Source of the DNA: an uncultured delta proteobacterium
GTDB lineage: Bacteria; Desulfobacterota; Binatia; Binatales; Binataceae
NCBI GenBank assembly: GCA_963794325.1
Contig: CAWCDG010000007.1
Coordinates: forward strand, 32,001 to 96,000
Direction: 5' to 3'
Length of the DNA stretch: 64,000 nucleotides
Shown here: positions 59,045 through 64,000 of the stretch, one piece after another
How the letters are laid out: every line of letters starts with the position of its first letter
Position numbering within the stretch: position 1 is the first letter of the stretch
The notes under the pieces: generated by a model
Database searches by the model: none
Seen by the model: only the letters and a program-made list of their open reading frames with translations
What the model was told of the DNA's origin: nothing
Position numbers and translations under genes: made by a program

Positions 59045-60400
59045 ATGAACTGGGCCGAGGACGCAGTCTTCTATCATCTGTTCCCGCTCGGATGCCTCGG
59101 CGCACCCGAACGCAACTCGTTTGCCGGTCCGCCCGCCAACCGGCTGTCGAATTGGAAGAGCTGTATCGATTATCTCGAGGACCTCGGAGTCAACGCGCTG
59201 TTGCTGGGGCCGGTCTTCGAATCGAGCGCACACGGCTACGACATCGCCGATTATTTCCGCGTGGACCGCCGCCTCGGTCACGACGCTGCGCTCGCCGGAT
59301 TGAGCGGCGAGCTGCATCGCCGCGGAATTCGCCTCGTGCTCGACGCCGTCTTCCATCACACCGGGCGCGATTTCTGGGCGTTTCGCGACGTTCGTGAAAA
59401 GGGGCGCGCGTCGGCGTACTGCGACTGGTATCACCTCGACTTCACGCGCCGCAGTCCGTACGGCGAGCCGTTCCATTACGAGGGTTGGGCGGGACACTAC
59501 GACCTGGTCAAGCTCAACCTCAAAAATCCCGCCGTTCGCGACCACCTGCTCAAGGCAGTCGCATCGTGGATCGAACGGTTTGATATCGACGGTCTGCGAC
59601 TCGATGCGGCCGACGCGCTCGACCTCGACTTTCAGCGCGAGCTCGCCGCGCATTGCCGAGCAATCCGGCCTGACTTCTGGCTGATGGGCGAGGCGGTTCA
59701 CGGCGATTACCGGCGATGGGCAAATGCGGGCGGGCTGTCATCGACGACCAACTACGAAGCCTACAAAGGGCTGTGGTCCAGCCACAACGACCGCAACTAT
59801 TTTGAGATTGCGTACACGCTGAATCGCCAATTCGGGCCCGAGGGAATTTATCGCGGACTCGCGCTCTACTCTTTCGCCGACAATCACGACGTCACACGGG
59901 TCGCGAGCATCCTGAAGAATCGAGCTCATCTATATCCGCTGTACGTACTGCTGATGACGATGCCGGGCGTGCCGTCAATCTACTACGGCAGCGAGTGGGG
60001 CATCGAAGGAAGCAAGATCTCCGGCACCGACGCGCCGCTTCGCCCAGCGCTCGACCCGGCGTCATTGCCCCGCCAATCATGTCATCCGGAACTGTATGCC
60101 TGGATAAAATCGCTCATCGCGATCCGTCGCCGATTCCCGGCGTTACGCCGAGGCGACTACGCGCAGCTGCACGTCGCGCATGAGCAGTTCGCTTTCATCC
60201 GTCGCGATGCTGGGGCTAGTTCGATCATCGTCGCCATCAACGCGTCAGAACATCCTGTCGATCTCCGACTGCGCATCCCCGACATCGCGAACGGCCAACT
60301 GATCGACGTGTTGAACGACGGCAAGGTTTTCAAACTCATCGACGGACTATGCGCGCTGTCTGTATCCGCATCCTCGGGACGTATTCTCGAAATTCAATAG
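59045..60400 (+). CDS. GH13 alpha-amylase family (cyclomaltodextrinase/neopullulanase-like)
   Basis: HGYD, DAVFHH, DGLRLDAA, GEAVH, DNHD, YYGSEWG. Confidence 0.92.
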   Translation: MNWAEDAVFYHLFPLGCLGAPERNSFAGPPANRLSNWKSCIDYLEDLGVNALLLGPVFESSAHGYDIADYFRVDRRLGHDAALAGLSGELHRRGIRLVLDAVFHHTGRDFWAFRDVREKGRASAYCDWYHLDFTRRSPYGEPFHYEGWAGHYDLVKLNLKNPAVRDHLLKAVASWIERFDIDGLRLDAADALDLDFQRELAAHCRAIRPDFWLMGEAVHGDYRRWANAGGLSSTTNYEAYKGLWSSHNDRNYFEIAYTLNRQFGPEGIYRGLALYSFADNHDVTRVASILKNRAHLYPLYVLLMTMPGVPSIYYGSEWGIEGSKISGTDAPLRPALDPASLPRQSCHPELYAWIKSLIAIRRRFPALRRGDYAQLHVAHEQFAFIRRDAGASSIIVAINASEHPVDLRLRIPDIANGQLIDVLNDGKVFKLIDGLCALSVSASSGRILEIQ

Positions 60401-60411
60401 CGCAAGAGCCA

Positions 60412-60777
60412 TCACCGATTGACGATGTATCCACGGAACATCGCCTGCGCGTTCATCGCGGGCCGGTATTCTGAAATCGAGCGCGAGCCGCGATGGTCGT
60501 CGTTCCAGACGGCGTGCGGTGTGCCCGGCGGGATCACGATCACGCTCCCGCGCTCGAGGAGGTACTCCTTTCCTGACACGCGACAGCGCACCGTGCCCTC
60601 GACGACCTCGAGGCGCTCCTCCTGATGGGTGTGGATGTGATCACGCGGCGGCGCGGTGACATCGCGCGCGATATATTCGCATCGGAAGAGTTCACCGGCG
60701 CTCTCCTCGGCCGACTTAAGGACGATCACTCGATCTTGTGTCGTAGTCGCGGGACGATCCGAAACCTGAGTCGCCAT
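60412..60777 (-). CDS. Cupin domain protein
   Basis: HIHTHQEE...VEG...PPGTPHAVWN; AAGGAG RBS. Confidence 0.88.
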   Translation of the reverse strand: MATQVSDRPATTTQDRVIVLKSAEESAGELFRCEYIARDVTAPPRDHIHTHQEERLEVVEGTVRCRVSGKEYLLERGSVIVIPPGTPHAVWNDDHRGSRSISEYRPAMNAQAMFRGYIVNR

Positions 60778-60851
60778 GATCTTTCTCCTTTGCCGATTGC
60801 CGCGTAGGGAGAAAATTTAACATTGTGCGGCGATTGAGCCGCGCGTCACTG

Positions 60852-60924
60852 CTGACAGCCCTCTGTCAGGACAATCTGGCGGAGCGCTCCTGACTGGCGA
60901 GATCCTGACAGCGTCCCGTCAGGA
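60852..60924. promoter_or_regulatory. Tandem palindromes CTGACAG-N4-CYGTCAG, putative WYL-regulator sites
   Basis: CTGACAG-ccct-CTGTCAG (60852-60869) and TCCTGACAG-cgtc-CCGTCAGGA (60903-60924). Confidence 0.6.
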
Positions 60925-60940
60925 GCCTTGCCGGAGCGCG

Positions 60941-61624
60941 TCAGGACTTGCTCAGCAGATGGCGGAACAGGTCTTCAGCCGACTTGCCGGCCTCCTGCTC
61001 GAATGCCTCGCTCAAGAATTCGACGTCACTCATGCGGTCGACCCGAAAGAAGCGGAAATCATCGCGCAGCTCGCACCACGACGCGGCAGTCCAAAACGGC
61101 GGATAGAACCAGAGGCTCAACGGACGTACTTTGCGGCGCGTCTCGGCGCCCTTCTCGTCGCAATAGCGGAACCGAACTTTCCGGCATCCGCGGATCGCGC
61201 CGCGCAATTGTCCAAGATCGAACGAGACCGGCACCCGCCGCACGTCCTGCGGCGCCCATAGCGATCGATCGTCCAGCATCCGCTGGAGATGCACCGGCAG
61301 CACGTTTTCGATCTTCGACAATGCCGCGTCGGCGGCTCGGCCCAGCTCGGCATCGCTCCAGTTCTGCACCATGCGAGCGCCGAAGACGAGCGCCTCGAGT
61401 TCGGTCTCGCTGAACATGAGCGGCGGCAGATCGTATCCCTTGCGCAGCGAGTAACCGATTCCGGCGGCGCCCTCGATCGGGACCTTGCTGGCAATCAGAT
61501 CGCTGATGTCGCGATAGATAGTTCGTTCGCTGACGTTGAACTGCTCGGCGAGCGCGCCGGCCGTGACCACGCGACGCCGGCGCAGCCGCTGAATGATCTC
61601 GAACAGTCGATCGGCGCGACGCAT
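60941..61624 (-). CDS. YafY-type HTH-WYL transcriptional regulator
   Basis: MRRADRL, VSERTIYRDI HTH, RKVRP, SWCELRDDFRFFRVDRM. Confidence 0.93.
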   Translation of the reverse strand: MRRADRLFEIIQRLRRRRVVTAGALAEQFNVSERTIYRDISDLIASKVPIEGAAGIGYSLRKGYDLPPLMFSETELEALVFGARMVQNWSDAELGRAADAALSKIENVLPVHLQRMLDDRSLWAPQDVRRVPVSFDLGQLRGAIRGCRKVRFRYCDEKGAETRRKVRPLSLWFYPPFWTAASWCELRDDFRFFRVDRMSDVEFLSEAFEQEAGKSAEDLFRHLLSKS

Positions 61625-61640
61625 GATGATTCAGCTTGTC

Positions 61641-63569
61641 TCACTGTCGCTGCTCAACAGCAACACCCGTCTCAGCCCGCATCAATCCATAAACCGTTAC
61701 GGCGAAGAACACCGCAAGGTTGATGGATGCCGCCGTGATCAGCGCCGCGTTCGGATGATCGGGAAAATATGACGAGGTGTCGGTGAGATGCTTTATATAG
61801 ATGAGGTTGAACAGGAAGGTCGCGCTGACGACTGCGTAGATGGTGGTGAGAAATTCGCTCTCCAACGCGATCGGAATCAGGAACACCAGCGGATAGTAGA
61901 GGTACCGCTCATGCATCCGCGGCGCGAACATGAAGAAGCCGAACAGCGCGACGAATATTGCGAGCAGTGCTGCGCGTCCCGATCGCGCGCGCCAGATTAG
62001 ATACGACGCGATTGCGTAAACGACGCAGGTCAGCGAAAGGCCGAACGCGCTGTACGAAACGCCGTCGAAGACTTTGTCGGTGTCGGGCGTGCCCATCCCG
62101 CCAATCAATCCCATCAGGTTGAACGCGCCGACCGAGGCCTCGCTGAATCGCGTGCCGAGGTCCTTGTACACGTTGATTATCCAGTCCCACGAATGTCCGA
62201 GCTGATACGGCAGGATTCCAATGACGACTGTGCCGACAACTGCGCCGGCGCACCATGCGCATTCGACGATGCCAGCGTTGAACAGCGTCCACAATGCGAG
62301 CGGCGGCGTGAATGCGAGCGCTTGCGGCTTGGCGAGGATCGCGATCGCGGCGGCACTCCAGCCGAGTCGATAACGGCCGGTGAGAATCAGGATCGCCGCG
62401 ATGATCATCGGCAGCGCGACGACCGAATCGCTCTGGCCCCACACGACCGTGTCGAAGATCAGCGCCGGGTTGAGCGCGAACAGCATCATTATAATTAGGG
62501 CGCGGATGGCGCGTCCCTCACGCCACGCCGCGAAGTAAATCGTCAGCCCGATGAAGAGGTCGGCAATCAGCGGCGGCGTCTCGACGATCACGCGAAAGCC
62601 GTTCGCGGTGGGCTCGATCAACTTGCCTAGCCATCCTGAGAACCAAAGCAGATACACCGAGCCGGGCGGATAAGCGTCAACCGGCAGCCCGGGATCGTAA
62701 ATCTTCGACGGTCCCAGCGCGGCGGCCAACAGAGCGCGATTGGTTTTCGCCCAGATGTCCCAATAGAAGCCGGTGAAATGAAATAGCGCGGCCAACTTGA
62801 CGACCGTAATCGCGAGCATGAGGCCGGCCGCCAACCTCCACGCCGCCTGCCCTGCCGAGCGCGCCGGTCGCGATATTTCGACGAACGCCCACGCCAGCAG
62901 TGCAAGCAGGACCAGGCCGCTGACGATACCCACGACCCTAATCCCGATTCGCTCGTCGGGCCGATGCAGCTGATCCTTGTACACAGCCCGGATTGCGCGG
63001 AGGTCGAATCTGACCACGCCTGGCGGCGGCATGCTCGCAACCTGGATAACTTTGATATTGCGAAACGACGCGCGGCCTCTGTCCGGATAACCGGAGACGC
63101 CAAGTTGGCAGAGCAACTCAGTCGTATCGCCCCATCGATCTTCGATTAGAAAAAACGTCAGGGTCTGCCAGTCGGTGGCGCGCTGCAGATGGTTCGAGAT
63201 CAGCTGGATGCCATCGAAGGTGCTGATCGCGATATTCGCGCCGCCCTCGCGCGCCATCGCACCTTCGACTCGCGCTTCGGCAGTCACCTTGTAAATCCCG
63301 GGCCGCAGCATCAGCGCTTGATGCCAGCTCGAAAAGGTCCGGCTGTTATTCGAGATGCTCAGCACGCCGCCGGTGGCTGGAGCGTACGTCCAGGAAAATT
63401 TGGTGAGCTTCTTGTCCGACGACAGCGCGTACCAATCAGCCGGCGCACCGTCGAAGCCGGCCGTAAGCTCGCCGTTCTTTACAAGATTAGTCTGCGCGAA
63501 CGCGCACAGCGGCTCGTAGAGCCATGATGCGCACAGCACGAGCGCCACAAACGCAATGAATCGCCGCAT
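61641..63569 (-). CDS. GT-C (mannosyltransferase-like) membrane protein with N-terminal CBM-like domain
   Basis: Signal peptide, NLVKNG..W beta-sandwich-like domain, then YPP, NPA, WGQSDS, KPQ, RMHERY. Confidence 0.78.
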   Translation of the reverse strand: MRRFIAFVALVLCASWLYEPLCAFAQTNLVKNGELTAGFDGAPADWYALSSDKKLTKFSWTYAPATGGVLSISNNSRTFSSWHQALMLRPGIYKVTAEARVEGAMAREGGANIAISTFDGIQLISNHLQRATDWQTLTFFLIEDRWGDTTELLCQLGVSGYPDRGRASFRNIKVIQVASMPPPGVVRFDLRAIRAVYKDQLHRPDERIGIRVVGIVSGLVLLALLAWAFVEISRPARSAGQAAWRLAAGLMLAITVVKLAALFHFTGFYWDIWAKTNRALLAAALGPSKIYDPGLPVDAYPPGSVYLLWFSGWLGKLIEPTANGFRVIVETPPLIADLFIGLTIYFAAWREGRAIRALIIMMLFALNPALIFDTVVWGQSDSVVALPMIIAAILILTGRYRLGWSAAAIAILAKPQALAFTPPLALWTLFNAGIVECAWCAGAVVGTVVIGILPYQLGHSWDWIINVYKDLGTRFSEASVGAFNLMGLIGGMGTPDTDKVFDGVSYSAFGLSLTCVVYAIASYLIWRARSGRAALLAIFVALFGFFMFAPRMHERYLYYPLVFLIPIALESEFLTTIYAVVSATFLFNLIYIKHLTDTSSYFPDHPNAALITAASINLAVFFAVTVYGLMRAETGVAVEQRQ

Positions 63570-63713
63570 TAGTTCAGTGAAGGCTGATGCCAGGAATACC
63601 GTTCCATGCGCATCCAATCAATTGTCGATATCTGTATGCAAGACCTGATGCGCTCTTGACGCGCGCCGACTAGGATGTGCCGCAACCGTTCGAAACCTGG
63701 GGAGGGATTTTCG

Positions 63714-64000
63714 ATGGCAGGGAAACCACGCGGCGCCGCGCTCACGATCTTCGCGCTACTGTTCGTACTTCTCGCGATATCCGATTTCGCCAAGCCATTG
63801 TCACATAGCGCAAACTTCGTCTTCCTCGGCACCAAGATGACCGGCACCGGCAACGCCGTGATGGGTCCGCTGTTCGGATTCCTCCTCCTGGTCTATGCCT
63901 ACGGCATATGGACGATGCGCCGGTATGCACTGCCGGTGGCGTACATCTACACGGGGTGGGTAGTCGTCAATATGGTTTTGTTCAGCATGAAGAATCGCAA
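63714..64000 (+). CDS. Hypothetical membrane protein (3' truncated)
   Basis: GGGAGG RBS; MAGKPRGAALTIFALLFVLLAISDFAKP...YGIWTMRRYALP open to window end. Confidence 0.65.
   Translation, partial: MAGKPRGAALTIFALLFVLLAISDFAKPLSHSANFVFLGTKMTGTGNAVMGPLFGFLLLVYAYGIWTMRRYALPVAYIYTGWVVVNMVLFSMKNR

Overview
GC-rich (roughly 60% by eye) bacterial chromosomal window carrying about 58 protein-coding genes, with no rRNA, tRNA, CRISPR array or intact transposase visible. The gene content (zinc-ribbon/cyclase/AAA protein, UGSC selenoprotein, many hydrolases and oxidoreductases, a small 'MKxHHAAALALVGWYL' protein) resembles Candidatus Binatota/Binataceae, but that is inference only. Main content: envelope genes (three GT-C glycosyltransferases, waaF, lpxD), a C5-dicarboxylate-type CoA operon with a split Mch-like hydratase, a P450, amidohydrolases, a sulfatase, a GH13 enzyme, efflux and stress genes, and several nested REP/MITE relics. 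At least four single-base indels and one abrupt gene-to-gene junction (~38890) suggest sequencing or assembly artefacts. Most interesting: (1) an N-acyl-synthase (FeeM/LuxI-fold)-like gene plus a fatty-acid desaturase, divergent from an orphan ImmA/IrrE-type HEXXH protein, a candidate undescribed lipid-signal system; (2) a UGA-recoded UGSC selenoprotein split by the ORF caller; (3) an unannotated 41-aa signal-peptide-like ORF behind a second desaturase; (4) a diiron ferritin-like protein translationally coupled to an SCP2-like partner; (5) readable operators for a TetR and a WYL regulator, and an attenuator-like leader before an ABC exporter.
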